63,743 nucleotides of DNA, filler included, from Circinaria calcarea (GCA_051942165.1; 15 parts of 15 records of this genome joined end to end with filler, not necessarily neighbours in it); one strand, 5' to 3'; positions 49,238-62,991 are shown, numbered from the whole stretch's first letter. Program-made: numbers and translations. Notes: generated by a model not told the origin, from the letters alone.

Positions 49238-50068
49238 ATGTCTTCCAACGACTTAAAGCAGTACTTTGTCCCCGGGTACCTCATCTCAAAGCACATCATG
49301 TTCTCCCACATCCAAATCTACCTTGGTCCCTACGCCACCGTTCGACCCTATAGCTATCGAGGCCGTGACGGTTATCTAGTCAGTGCTCCAGGCCAGCCAT
49401 TGACACGGGTAAGTGCCTTCCGGAAGTATTATATCATGGCAATTGCACTTATAACATCTTGTACTGCCTTGTTCCTACTTTTAAAATAGAACTAGTTAAC
49501 ATTCTATACCCCCTCACCGCTCTTCGTTTACCGAGGGAAAGAGAAAAAGACCCCTCATTCCTACAATTTCCGCCCTTCTCAGCCTCAGATTTGACACCCG
49601 GTATCACCCATTATTACAACCCAATTCCTTAGGTTACCTCAAATGCCCCCATTGCTACTTTTCTAGCATTCCCAAACCCCCTGTTACCTATATCTCCAAC
49701 CTTGCTTAAACCTCCTTTTCCGCAATCTCATCCCAAATCCCACCCACAAATCTCTCCTTTTCCTCTTCCCAATCTCTCATCATGCTTCCCCCTCCAGCCA
49801 AACCCCCACAGGCACACTCAACTAAATTTTCCCTGCTCTCCCCGGCCCACAGTCCCAAATCGAAGACCTCCAATCCCTCTCCCGCCAATACGAGCTCCAA
49901 GCCGCCGAACGCATGACCGCAAACGCCCACAGCTACAACGGCTCCGGTTACGGCTCCAGCTCCAGCTACAATAACAATGGCTACAGCAACGGCGGCAATG
50001 ACGGCCACGCAGAGGCAGAGGAGGCCTATATCAACCAGCCAGTCATGGTACCCGGGCGCAGACGTTGA
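49238..50068 (+). CDS. Short RfeG-related protein (128 aa, 2 exons)
   Basis: Exon 49238-49408 (QYFVPGYLISKHIMFSHIQIYLGPYATVRPYSYRGRDGYLVSAPGQPLTR), 444-nt intron GTAAGT..CAG, exon 49853-50068 (SQIEDLQSLSRQYE..PGRRR*). YFVP..I...I..YLG..A.VRP..GY..LT..IEDL fits the RfeG-like domain. Confidence 0.72.
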
Positions 50069-51101
50069 AGGATACTGAGGATCTGGCGGTGGAAGCGGGA
50101 GAGGAGAAAATGGAGAGAAATTGGAGAGGCGAAAAGGAGAGAAAATGATGGAAGGGGGGGAGCGGTGAGACGGTGAGGATCGAATTGTCAAAAGGAAGCC
50201 GGCAAAAAGGGGATAGAGGAGTCGGACAGGAGGTACTTGTTTGAGAGTATTCCATTCGCTAATGATTCACACTCTGCGCTATTCTATCGCCCCATCGAAA
50301 GCGCTCAACCCTCCTCTCCTTTTTTTCTTTCTTCAAAACCATGGTTCCGCTCTAAAGAAAAACGTGCACGCAGCTTATCTATCCTTCCTTCCCATCCTTC
50401 CCATCCTTCCGTCCCATCCATTCTTTCTCAACCGCCACATGCAGGATTCCCAAAATCATGAATCCTCCTCCGGCGCTCACCCCCCTTCCCCCAATAAAAA
50501 ACCACAAGAGCCAATTTCATCCCTCCTATTCCTATTCCCATTCCAATTCACTCCCTTCTCCCCTCCTCTCTCGGCACGACTACCCCCATACCCTTTGCAC
50601 TTTCGCTTCTCTCACTCACGCCAAATTTGTCCCATCCGAGCGAGCGAGAGAGACTGGCTTTCACTCATCCTTATATCCGCGCATCCTCGGCACAAATCCC
50701 CACCTTCCTTATCCCACCGTCACCTGTTCCTCCCCCCCTGGGCCCCGGGAAACGACAGCGGAAATAAGAAAGGGAAACAAAACCCCCTCGCTCCTTCGCC
50801 TCTTGTGCCAGAAACTTACTTCTGCTTTTGAATCCTAAACTTCCCCAACGTTTCATGCCCCTTGGGATGGATGCATAGGGATAGATAGATAGGTGTAAGG
50901 TTAAGGTAAGGATAAGAACAAGAGCACCCCACAGCCCCGTACGGATACTCCGTAAGTAAAAAAATACCCACACGGCGAGAGAGCGAGAGCAAGAACGAAC
51001 CNNNNNNNNNNNNNNNNNNNNNNNNNNNNNNNNNNNNNNNNNNNNTTAATTAATTAANNNNNNNNNNNNNNNNNNNNNNNNNNNNNNNNNNNNNNNNNNN
51101 N

Positions 51102-52176
51102 TTTGAGAAAGCTACCCGGGCTTCTCCTACCACCTGAGAGAAGCCTTGGCCATTTGACCTTGAAAAGGCTGGCGGAGGCATGGGACTGGCACGTCAGTTA
51201 CAATAAACATTATCTTGGCGCATTGTCGAAGCGGCTCAAGGAGGCGCTCCTTGCCTATATTTCTGTTTACGGTCCTCATGGTGGTGTGACCTTGGAAGGC
51301 CTCAGAGTGCTCTTTCTGGACGAAAGACAGGTGGTTGGAGGTTCCGGCAGTGATACGATAACGCATCTCGACCTCTCCGGATCCATCTCTGCCAATCGTC
51401 CATACGTTAGCCTTCTTGAGTTGGTAGGCTACTTCAACAAGAAGCCCTCTTCGATCTACGACTCTACGCCCTCGATCCCTGACTCTTGGGATGACCCGAC
51501 TCCTCGCCCCTATACATTCTTACAAGTCACGCCCCGCTTCCCTTGCCTAACGCACCTATCACTATCCCATGCGAGCTCACCCTCCTGGCAATCGCTACTT
51601 ACTCTGGCACCGCATTTGCACACTCTCACGCACCTCTCTCTCGCCTATTGGCCAACACCCAGCCTGACGCCCAACACGCAAACCGTTCCTGCTGCCCCGA
51701 CAAACATGTACAAAGAACTTGATCGAGACTGGAGCGAAGCCGTCAGCATACTTCGTCGTCTGGGAAAGGCTACCCTTTGTCTCAAATGGCTCGACCTCGA
51801 AGGATGCGACGCTTGGATTGCTGCTCTCGCTTGGCAGGCTCCATCATCCCGCGAGAACAGCTACGACAGCGGTATCGGCTGGAACACCCACTGGCGAGGT
51901 CTCGAGATCATCCGTACATCTCAAGGTGGTGTTCCCGAGTGTATGGCCGAAGGGCCCGCCGTCTGGGAGAAACCCCATTCCCAAAAAGCGAAGGAAGAGA
52001 TGAGGGAGGTGGAGGAGTGGATTGATATCGAGAAAAAGGTGGGGATTGTGGAGAAGGTCGTGCAGAGGGCGAGAAGGAGAGGTAGTGGAAAGGCGTTGGT
52101 GTTTGATAAGGGGTGGGAGGGGGAGTGGCTTGAATGTGCTATCTGGTTGAAAGGGGGGTGTTTGGGAGTCTTTTGA
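51102..52176 (+). CDS. Fungal protein with LRR-like repeats (5' truncated)
   Basis: Long ORF with ITHLDLSG, LTHLSLSH, LTHLSLAYWPTPSLTPN and LKWLDLEGC repeats. Confidence 0.75.
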
Positions 52177-52407
52177 GAGTGCTCGGAAGTTCTCATGGCG
52201 CATGTTGCGTGCTTATTATGATAATCTCTTGTCGATGCGCAACCTTGAGAATGGATCCGTTTCCCCTCTGTATATTTACGTCCACAAGTCAAAAACCTTA
52301 TGACTAGGCCTGGCAATCATTTTCTGATCTCTCTCGCGGCCATCGTCTCCTTTCTTTCTCCTGTGTCTATTCTGTCTCACAACTAACCTTGCATATTTGC
52401 TGCTAAT

Positions 52408-52411
<4 letters not shown>

Positions 52412-52438
<27 letters not shown>
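52412..52438. repeat. (AC)n microsatellite
   Basis: About 13 perfect AC units. Confidence 0.95.
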
Positions 52439-55128
52439 ATGGCTTTTGAGTCTTGGTCGAGTAACGGTTGCCGCCCCTTGTATTAAACTGTTATCGGCGC
52501 TCTCCTGCAGGCGGTGCTACTGCGATTGTTGTTGTCGCTTGCGTCCCCGGCTCCGGAAACCGGCGGTAGGTAAGGCTTGTCAATGTCGGTCGGATGAAGT
52601 GAATCGTACTGGTTGTTCAGCTAAATTATTCAAATATCCAGAGATCGCAATGAAACCTTTCAGTCTAAACTAAAGAGTCGGTGTGAAACCGGGGAGAGCG
52701 GTCAGGTTGCCGAGAATATCTAAGCGTGCTGAGGGGAAGGAAGGGGCAGGAAGAAGATCCGAATGCTCGCACTGCTATCAAAGCTGGTAGCCCGAGGTGA
52801 TAGAAGACCAAGTTTAGTTTCCCGTAAACGGCGAGGTTCTAACCGTGTCGCTGCGACGGTTCGCCGCTCGACATTGTTATAAGTCATTGATGGCAAGGAA
52901 ATGCTCGTAAGAGAGTCTTTTCCTCTTGAGGTTATTTTCGGATAGCAGCGAGGAACCCTTTGGGGCCTCTCTCCACCCGTAATCTTTGGAAGTTTTCAAC
53001 TCTACTGGTGCCCAGGAATCCCAGCGAATGGCACTTTCCAGTTTCTTTCAAGCCTACCTCTTTGATCGGCATAACTATTCCGATCTTTCCGCATTGCAGT
53101 ACTATCCAGACAACAATACCTTCGTAGACTCTTTCAGGTCTTTTTCAGGGACGGCAGGTTACTTACGACGCTGGGGTGGTCGGCCATTATCAGCTCGACT
53201 AAAGATTGGAGTCTATTGACACTTTGGATCTAGCCCCAGTTTCCAATGAGAATGCTCTGATGCAAGCGACCGATATCTTCATACCGAATGACAGCCTGGG
53301 TTCTGGACTTTGAGTAAAACAGACGAAGCTGATGATGGTTGCCTTCGGAGGTTTTGGCAGTGGTGAACCCTCTCACATTAGCTCCGGCATCTCCACGTCC
53401 ATTTGCACGGTTTTGCCGCTACTAACGACACTACATTCTTTCTGTACCGTCAGATCAACCCGAGCTTTTTTTTTTTTTGGCAGAGGATGTTTGGGGATAG
53501 CGGAGCTCTCAACTGGGGCTTTCCCTCAAAGTATATCAGCATATCGACATGGAATTGAAGGGTACTCCCAACTCGCTGTTGGCTAAGATATTTCGTAGGA
53601 GCCATGGGTTTCATAAGAAGCCCGGTGAGAAAGGGCCGGGAGGTCCCAGACTGGGCTGGGTAGCTGGGAGGATGAGAGTAGAAAGTGCGGGTACGATATG
53701 GTAGGGTGATGGGTTAGGGGGGCTAGGTATGGCTCTCTTTGCAACGTAAAGCCGACATTGGCTCCGTCCCAGCAGTTGTTAAGGATGAGCAATAGACGGC
53801 GGCGGAGTTTAGCGACGAGGGAGCACCAAGGGGCTAAGGCGAGCTTTTTGAAGCGAGGGGGGAAGGGAGAGAAACTCGAAACGCTTCATGAAGAAGACGA
53901 ATCTACGGATCCGAATGATTCGTGCCCGAGTAGTACGAGTGCAAGGATGAGGCACGGAAGGGATATAGAGGAGGGGAGCTACCAAAGTAAGAGGAGACGA
54001 TAAACATTTGACCATCCTTTAACACTGGAACGGAAACGGAGTCCGTATTGCAAAATAAGGGGACAAAGACCAGGGAAAGAGGGGGTAACAATTTTCGATA
54101 CTCGATCTTAATCAAAGTTCCTCCCTATCAACCAAATTCCCGGAAAATAAGACCAAAAAAACCTTCTTCTGCCCCCCTGTGACTGACTAACAAGTTGTTG
54201 TTCGAGTTACAGTAAGAGAAAAACCCAAACTTACACCCCCCCCCCTCTCCCTGGGCCCCTCGTAAACAATTGATCGGAAAAGAATAGGAAAACAACGAAC
54301 CCAACCTTTTTTTTTGTCCGGGGGGGGGGGGCGAAACTAGACAAAGGGAGAAATGTGAATTTCCATCAAATCAGGCCAGATTTGCTGTTTCTTCTGCCGC
54401 CATTTGCAAACGTGGGCACGACAAGGGATGGGAAAATAGGCATGTTTTTGGGGCTGGAGGGGAAGACGAAAAGAAAGAAAAGAGCGCCTTTTTTTTTTGG
54501 CCGGGGGTTCTTGTGTCTCGCGAGGTCCCTCCAAAAGTACGAAAACGAGGCAGCGAAAACCCCCCCGGAGGGTCATCGAGTCCATATGAGGAAGTATGCT
54601 AGCTCAGATGGGTTTTACAGACTCCTCCAGAAGGGTGTGCCACTGCGTTACGGTAGGTGGGAAAGGGCTTATGCCCCGCCCCGCCCCCAGGTGTACAGTT
54701 AGTTAATCCTAAAGGGGGGTATCTGACCAATGAGCATTGCCGCCAGAATTGGGGCTTCCTAATTCCCCCAACGGGGGTAAACTATAATAGAGTGCCGATG
54801 TCGGAAAAGTTCCCCCGGGACCCAAGTATGAATATGCCCCTCAGATTTATCCCAACCGTAGCTACACCAAAAGAGAAAGACTTTACGTTTTCCGCCACCT
54901 TTGGAAATGTGGCGAAATTGGGTTCCCAATCTCTCAAAATTCGAATGATGCACACAATGCCTACGGAGGAAGTTCCCCCCGCCCTCCCCTCGCCTCCTTC
55001 AACGGCGTCTCCGGGGGGGAGAGAACACATTCATCGTCGGGCAGGTACCACAAAGTTGGATTCGAGAATACCATGTTGGAGGGAATTTTCATTAAAGAAA
55101 ACCTAGCTATCTATGTGAATGGTCTATC

Positions 55129-55131
<3 letters not shown>

Positions 55132-55173
<42 letters not shown>
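55132..55173. repeat. (TC)n microsatellite
   Basis: About 21 perfect TC units. Confidence 0.95.
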
Positions 55174-55175
<2 letters not shown>

Positions 55176-55352
55176 GCTTCGGTAATAAAGGGGTACCCCT
55201 GGCCCCCCAAACAACATTCAGGGGGCGCGTTCAGTGCCATCTGAGATAACCCNNNNNNNNNNNNNNNNNNNNNNNNNNNNNNNNNNNNNNNNNNNNTTAA
55301 TTAATTAANNNNNNNNNNNNNNNNNNNNNNNNNNNNNNNNNNNNNNNNNNNN

Positions 55353-58300
55353 TCCCCCACGCCTTCCTAGCCGCCCCCCCTCCGATCCCCATATCTCTCC
55401 TCAGCACCTCGACCAAACCCTCGGCGAACATTTCCCGGACCGGATCCTCGGCCAAGAATCGTTTACTGCTCAGGTCCCGAAATGCGCCCGTCAGCAGTCT
55501 CTCCAGCGCCTTCCTGAATTCGACAATCGTCTTGACAGCCCGTCGGTCCTCGCTTTTCACATAAAAGGGCAGCCAGCGGTCCATCTCCAGGATACGCATG
55601 GGGTTCGAGGGTGAAGTTTGTAAGCGGCCTCCGAAGAGGGTGGCCATCAGGGGGGTAGATTCCGAGGTGTCACGGAGGAAGATGGTGGTGCCGTCATTGG
55701 AGCGGGCCATGGTGCTGTAGGAAAAGAGGGAACCGTAAGAATACCGACTGTTGTCGTTGCGGTCTCTTGCCGCGTTTACCGAGGAAGGATGAATGATTGT
55801 GCCTTTTTCGCCGGGGGTGCGGAATGTGCGGCCACCACCACTAACAGCGAGGTTAGGATGCAGACCCGCAAGGGCGAGGGCTTTGATGACGGGGACATTT
55901 TTGGAATTTTCATTGAGCGAAGGGTGACCGTATTCGAAGTCGTTTCGTGCATGAGCGGGCGTGAAAGGGATAAGACGTGCCTCGACTAGAATCTCTTCGA
56001 TTTGCTTGGCTGTAGCGTCGATAGCTCGAAAGGCGCCCACGTGTGTGAAGTTTGAGTTGGCAAACTCATACATTGCTGATTGGCTACGCGTCTCTCGTAG
56101 CTTACGCATCTCACGTACGACGTTGAGGAAAGCAATATGGTCACTGCTCGATCCTTGCACGAAAGACATATGACGAGCTTGTGCTTCGCGGCGCCTAGCA
56201 AGCGGGTTATAGAAAATCGATCGTTCTTCAGCAGCGGCACCTAGGAGAAGCATCGGATCGAGACAGCGGAAGATGATACCGAGAACAATCATCTTGCCGA
56301 GAGAAGGATGGACGGGGAGTGAAGCCAGTAGCCTTCCTAATGGTGTGATCTTCTCCTCATCTGTCAAGGCGTCGAGCGCTTGGAGGTTCATTACGGACGT
56401 GTCTACGGCCTTTGGCGCAGGTGGCTCGATAGCTTCAGCTAGAAACTCCCGTATCGGCGATTTGAACGCTTGTGCCTTGATGTCAAGGCAAGTTTCTTGA
56501 AGATCTACTCGAAGTATTTCAGGCAGCCCTATGGCCCTCATCGATTCGTAACGGGCTTTCGAGAAAAGGGCATAGTAATGTCCATTCTGGACTCTGCCCG
56601 CGCGACCAGCCCGTTGCTTGGAATTCGACTTGCTAATCCATGTGCATTGTAGCTTGGTGATACGGCGAACCTGGTCATACTGTTTCTCACGCAACTTTCC
56701 CGAATCTACCACATGCTGTACATCCGGGATGGTGATTGAGGTTTCTGCAATGTTAGTAGCAAGGATAATCTTTCTGCAACCCTTGGCGACAGGATTGAAA
56801 ACATCTGTCTGGCCAGCGGGAATAGAGGAGTGGAGCATGTAGAGTTTATACTTCGACTCGTCTAGGAAGTCAATGCCGAATATACTTGCACGGCGAAGTA
56901 GATCATCGACCTTACTCATCTCGTCAAGTCCCGGCAAAAAAACCAGTATTGCTCCTTCTTTGGTTGTCTTCGCAATGTGCGCGATCGTGGTTGCAACCAG
57001 CCCAAAAGGCACCAAGGAATCTTCTCGATCATCGGAGATCGCTCTCTCGCCGTCTGCTAGAAATTTACGCTCTTCTTTCCAATTGATGATTGACTCATCC
57101 TCTTGGGATGTTTTATGCGAAGCTGTTCCCGTGCTTAGCGGATTGGCCTTATGGAATTTCTTCTCCACTTCAAAATAATCCCTCGTTGCCGGATCAGAAT
57201 ACATGGATCCAAGTTGGGAAGACTTGTACGTATTGTCGAGCGTTTCCAGAAGCGTTTCAAGGTGAACTTCCTTGACGGGAAATGTTCGACCAGGCACACT
57301 GAGGGTAGGGCAGTTCGTGTCCAAGCTACTGCTTCGAAAATATGAAGCGAACAACTCAGCATCCATGGTTGCACTCATGAGCACTACTTTTGGTACAGGC
57401 TTGCCTTGTGCCATTCGTTGCGCCATAACCTTTTTCAGTATAATGAGTAGGAAGTCAATGAGCATATCGCGCTCATGTACTTCATCAATGATTAGATGAG
57501 TGGTAGTGCTCAGCACCTCTTCTGGCGCATGTTGAAGTTGTTGAAGGAGGATGCCCGTCGTACAGTATATCATACTGCCACCAATTTTGGGCAATTTTGC
57601 ATCGAAACGTACATGATATCCTACAGTATCTTGAAGCTGCTCTGCTCTCTCAACCGCGACGCGTTTAGCAACAGAAGTCGCAGCAATTCGGCGGGGCTGG
57701 GTGCAAATGATGTTAGTAGATGCACCGGAGCCGTTCTTGATAGCCTCTTCCAGTAAAATTTGGGGCACCTGTGTGGTTTTTCCACTCCCTGTAGCACCAA
57801 TAATAATACTGTAAGTGTTGTTACTGACAATATCTATGACTTGCGCCCGATACTGGTTCATCGGTAGCTCTTCTCTCGTCTTTCTTAATTCCTCCAACTC
57901 AGAGCGTCGATAATATTCCCCAAGGGCCATCTCCAGACGTTGGTTCCGCTTCGCAGCCTCTGGAAGCGAAAGCTGATGACGAAATCTTGCTCTCCTGACT
58001 TCTGTTGCTTCCTCGTCTGATTTGAGCTCGTCCTGTTCGTCGGGCAGCCCGGCCTTCCGAACACCCGAAAGGGTCTCTCGCATCAGGTGTAAACAATCCT
58101 CATCTACAGGCATATCGATGGGCGCAACTGGTCGTAGGATGTCGCCATTAGCAGACCGTAGAGCTTGTGAGAAGTCAACGAATAGCTGCGGATTCTCCTT
58201 CTTTAATGATAGAGCTGCAGTGAGATAGGCCAAGTCTTCCGCATTCTTTCTACTGATCATATCGACTGCTTCACCAACTGGCTCGCCGTTCATCATGACT

Positions 58301-59499
58301 TTGGCAAGCTTAGGAACATCTCCAAATACCTTGTATTCTTTCTTATCCGTAACTTCTACTTCCAAACGAACTCCAGGATTGACGATTCTGTAGTATTCCA
58401 TGAAATTACGAACGTTGCTGGTGTTAAGTGCGGTTGAATCTCGAACGACTATAGCATCACTACCTTGTTCAGCATGATATTTCTCCGCCTCTTCTTTGAA
58501 CCGAAGAGCGGCAGCTATCTCTGCGGACTTCAAGTTCGGACCTTTGCCCTTCACTTTGATATTCTGCTCTGATAGCTCAACAGTGACTTCTACGAGTTTC
58601 CGCCCACGTGCTCGAAATAGTCGGGGCATCGACTGTACGGTAAATTTCGGAACGTAGTCATATCGAGCTGCATAGTTGTATATATCGAGTTTAGCATCTC
58701 GTTCGTCTTGCAAAGTTTGCTTATCGAGGCTTTCTGTAGGCTGTTTGCCAAACACCTCTTTTAAAATACCACTTGTGTGAAGCTTGGATATTAGATAAAG
58801 GTAAGCGGCTTTTTCTGCTGCTTTCTGAAACACGGTCAGTGAAGTTCCTAGATGCTTCCAAATGACCTGCCTTTGAATGCGCCTCTCCACTAACAACCAA
58901 CGCTTCCTGCGAAGGGACGATGCAGGATAATGTGCATTTGGAGTGAAATTTGGATATAGATGAGAATGTCGAGCTCAGTTGCGCCTGACCTTGGAAAGCA
59001 TCGTGAAGATTGGCCTTCGGATTCCCGAGAATGTTTGCAGGAAGATAAGGGTAATCCGCTTTCGTTGGGAGAACCATGGTACGGCGAACAAACACTTCAT
59101 CTTTCAAATCAATTCGAGGTCGATTGGTAGGTGGCTCGACAAGTGAAGATTCGGCTTTCCGCTTGCGAGTTAAGCTCAACCTACGTGGCGAGTTTTTTGA
59201 GTTTGACGATGAGTGTACTGGTTTGCCGTTTGATTTTTGTCGTAGGCTAACGGTAGCTTTGTGATCATGGAGGTTCATATGGCTGACTTGTTCTGATGTG
59301 CGGCTGCTCTTTGACAGTGGTTTTCCATCGTATAGCATGGAAGGAGGCATGTCATTTCCCTCCCACAGTTGGGAGTCCTGAGCAGTGGAATATTGACCTG
59401 CTGGGGTCTGATTTCCATACAACTTTGATGGGATGGATGGCCTACCCCTATATTTGTGAGGCATCCCGAAGTGCATCAAGGGGAATCGTGAAGCCTGTA
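55353..59499 (-). CDS. DEAH-box RNA helicase, DHX30/DHX36-like, with N-terminal dsRBD-like motifs (both ends truncated)
   Basis: GATGSGKTTQVPQ, CTQPRRIAATSVA, DEVH, MSAT, ATNIAETSITI, QRAGRAGR, HA2 region ITPLGRLLASLP. Two ORFs (58721-59479 and 55297-58896) are joined by a 46-nt intron at 58870-58825. Confidence 0.93.
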
Positions 59500-59599
59500 N
59501 NNNNNNNNNNNNNNNNNNNNNNNNNNNNNNNNNNNNNNNNNNNTTAATTAATTAANNNNNNNNNNNNNNNNNNNNNNNNNNNNNNNNNNNNNNNNNNNN

Positions 59600-61525
59600 C
59601 CTGCGATGGAGCAGGATCAACACATCATGCTTTGCAATGGCAACCTTGTACGCTGCACTCTCCGCGTCCCCTCTGCCACCGACGAGATTACTGAAAGTTT
59701 GAGCCGGTTTCAGAAGGTACGGAAGGACGATGGGAAGGGCGGGAGCTGTCAAGATACCCAGGGCCCCTGATGCCGGGAGTATCCCACCGTAGAATTGGCA
59801 TTGACTAGCCAGCTGACTTTCGGTTGGTAAGGTGAACGGTCCTTCGGTACCACCATTGGTTGAATGTGTTGGTAACGGACCCCAATTAGAGTCGACTATA
59901 GCCCCAACAAGTGTGATCGCTGCCAAAGCATTTTCTTTCAGTGCGACAGTCTCTGCCGCGCTTATCACGTGCGACCAGAAGTCCAAACTTCGATGCATAT
60001 ACAGGAAATACAGTGCTCGCGCTGCAGCTCTTTCGATTTCTCCGTGTTCCGAAGAGTTGAGACTTGAAGAACCCCTAGGATAGCCCATTGACGTCACGCT
60101 ATCTTTCTTTGGAGGTCCCTTAAAGACCATCGCTAGAGTATAGAAGGCATCTGCACATGGTGGCTTTGTGGGAACGTAGAAAAGAGGGCTCGAGACTCTT
60201 GAAGTGGGTAGGAGAGCAACCCGAGGTAAAGATGTAAGGAGATGCAGATCATGCTGGGGAGCATTACCATGAGCCCATTGCGTTGACGGTACGGACTGCA
60301 AGGCAGATCCCAGCCGTACAAGCACGGCGTTCAAGCCCGAATCTGATGACCGAAGCAAATGCGTTGGACAGGTAGAGGCATAGGCAGCTATGTAGTTGGC
60401 AGATCTGCCATAAAGATATGTGAAATCCAGCGAGTCATGCTTGTCTGGTTCAATGTAGTATGAAAGGGTGCGAGAATGAAGGCCCCTTGAAATAAGAAAC
60501 TCAAGTCGTTTTGGCGCAGGTAGCTCGACTTGAGAAAGTAGCTTTGAATTCGGCAAATAGAATTCACCGTGATCTGCGCTGACATACGCGGCAAAAAAAT
60601 CGATCAGGGTCATATGGATGAGTACATCTTCCTTGAAGTCAACCATTCGAAGACTAGCGAATTCAAGTAGGCCACCGTTCACAACACCATACGATCCTTC
60701 TATCTCGGGCATTTGCGACGTACGAATCATCTCAAAGTCTGCAAAGATCTTGAGGAAATCTAGCAAACGAGCTTGGGCAACGGTCTTTTCCCTTTTGGTT
60801 GGCTGCCCGTCTTGTCCTACGGTGGTGAGACTGCAGATGGAAAAAATCTGCCCATACACGTCTTTGTCGTGGAATACTCTCCTCCACATAAGTCCTCGAC
60901 CCGTGGTAGGTGGTGGCGGATCATCTGTTGGAATATCTGTCATTTCCATGTCCTGGTTCATCGGATGCATTGGGTAGTCAACGCATAGCAAATTTGCCAT
61001 GGTTGACAGAGCTTTCTGTGCGATTGCAGTATCTGGCGTGCAGAGCCATAAGCGGACCAACGCAGCAATTACCTCTGGCTTCCCAGCGATGATCCCGATA
61101 TCGCTGATTCTCTCCGAGGCTTTCCCTAACAGATCAAGGCTAACGTCGTTGATTGGAGGAGAGGGTACGGTGAAGCCAAGGACGAAATTAACCGGTGGCT
61201 GTACTGAAAGCACATTGGTAAAGGTATACGATGAGGGGCGTATAAGAATCTCGATCAGGGCGGTTGCAGGCGATGGGTCTTGCTGCAAGGTAGGGAGAAG
61301 GCTGGAGAGTTGGTTGATGAGACCGTCTCGGTCTCCATCCGGCAGAGTCTCTATAGTGAAGTTAGAAAAGAGGAGATAAGTGGAGGAGAGGAAAGTAAGG
61401 AAATACGTGCCAGTGATCTGAGTATCCAACTGATTCAATAACTTCTCATCTAAGGTTTTGTTAGGATCTTCGGTGACATTGGCCAAGTGGTCCTTGACCT
61501 CCTGGATGAGGCTGTTGATAGCCAT
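59600..61525 (-). CDS. Hsm3/PSMD5-like ARM-repeat protein (3' truncated)
   Basis: Long helical ORF with LPTLQQDP, LVRLWLCTPDTAIA, LMWRRVFHDKDVY, EKTVAQARLL and DVLIHMTLIDFF; in-frame 60-nt intron 61410-61351. Family call from motif recall only. Confidence 0.62.
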
Positions 61526-62052
61526 GTCAGCATCACACTCTGTGTCAGCAAGGCGTCTCCGTGCTCTAAGCTACGAGAGATTTTTCAAATGATGAATGTG
61601 CTTTCGGCCCCGTTCGGCCCCAGGATAACCGATTGATGGTGGAGTATGATCGTTGGGCATTGATGTTGATAAGTACATGCAGAGTGGCTGGTTGGGAGGA
61701 GAATCCACGATAGAGAGTAGATGGCTGAATACTCTAATGTTGGGTGGAGCAGCCCTATCTAACGGCCACGGCGGTAGTGTTTTCCTAAATGCTCTGCCCC
61801 CCACCATTGCCCCACAAGGCTGCCTTGGGATTTTTCCGTCCCCCACCGAGATTCCAATGTACATAAGTAAACGCACAATCATGCGGTGAATAAAGATCAC
61901 AGTTATGTGAATATCTAACTCTCTTTCTCTATTTTCTCCGTATCTTCATTGGTCTTTTACAACACTTGCAAGATCATGGAGATGCTTTCAATAGAATCGA
62001 GTCGACTTGTTTTCTATTTACGGTAGCACCGGCTTCGCTCGTGGCACCCAGC

Positions 62053-62991
62053 ATGCCACGAGGACGTGGCCGTGGTGGTGGTGGAGGGCGTGGTGGTGGG
62101 CGAGGGGGGCCTGCGGGCACCCAAAGGATAGCGGGTGTGGATATTCGCGTCGACTCGGAATTGACCGTTGGTGAACGGCCACAGCCGACGCCTCTGTTTC
62201 CAGTGAGTCGCCATCAGTGCCGCCATGCAATTCCCAAATCCACAGACGGCTTGGCGCAATGGATTACTGGGCTTGGCTTCATGAGCTAAAACGTTATCAG
62301 AAAAACAATCTGCATCCACCCAAACCATTGACCAAAGACGAACGACTGCAGGTCGCGCGATTCCGCACGCTGCGAGATCGCATCCACGAAGGACCACTTT
62401 ACACCATCTTAGGGGATAACGTCCGGGTGAACAAAACGGGCGATAGGGCCAAAACAGCAGCAGCACATTTCGATCCGTTCGAGGGAATGTCCACCTACAG
62501 TCAACGATACATACGACAGACCAGACGGATGCCCAAGCTGGATACCCGTCCATACGGTGGGTTCGCCCAATTCTCGTGTGATGTATGCACGGTGACTCAT
62601 GTGCAATCTAGTTCTCAAATTCTTCCCACGAGAACTTTGGTCAACCCTCGAACCGTCGAGTAGTAATGGCGTCGGAGATGGTGTGAAACCCAAGAAGTTA
62701 CAGATATCCTCTTCCAGATTGTCAAAGAAGCTCAGCACATACGATCGCGAACTCTCCGGCGAGCCTCAAGATTTCACAGGTGAGATTGCAAACGGTGACG
62801 ATGACGAGGATGCTCCGAAGCAGGTTGATGAAGATGGTCTCCCTGTTGAGGACGAGGATGTAGACGACGAGTATGCAGATGAGGAGGAGGACGGGGTTGG
62901 CGATTACAATGCGGAGCAATACTTTGACGACGGAGGGGATGACGCGGGCGATGACTATGATGCAGGCGACAACGATGCTGGAGAGTACTGA
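62053..62991 (+). CDS. RPC31: RNA polymerase III subunit C31
   Basis: RGG-rich start, PTPLFP, RIHEGPLYT, DPFEGMSTYSQRY, FFPRELW and an acidic tail with DYNAEQYFDDG; two GT-AG introns. Confidence 0.9.

Noticed and set aside
52986..54003. Possible decayed gene made of short plus-strand ORFs
   Set aside because: The fragments look vaguely protein-like, but I cannot assign a family or a consistent exon chain without a translated search.
54000..55252. ORFs in homopolymer-rich contig ends (also 4268-5000, 17053-18000, 29833-30100, 50100-51001)
   Set aside because: Low-complexity G/C/A runs with no recognisable motifs; likely non-coding and possibly low-quality consensus.
4168..59599. Regularly spaced palindromic TTAATTAATTAA repeat, about every 4.25 kb
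   Set aside because: Always centred in N44 padding and separating length-sorted pieces that cut genes mid-frame. It is an artificial concatenation linker, not a biological array.
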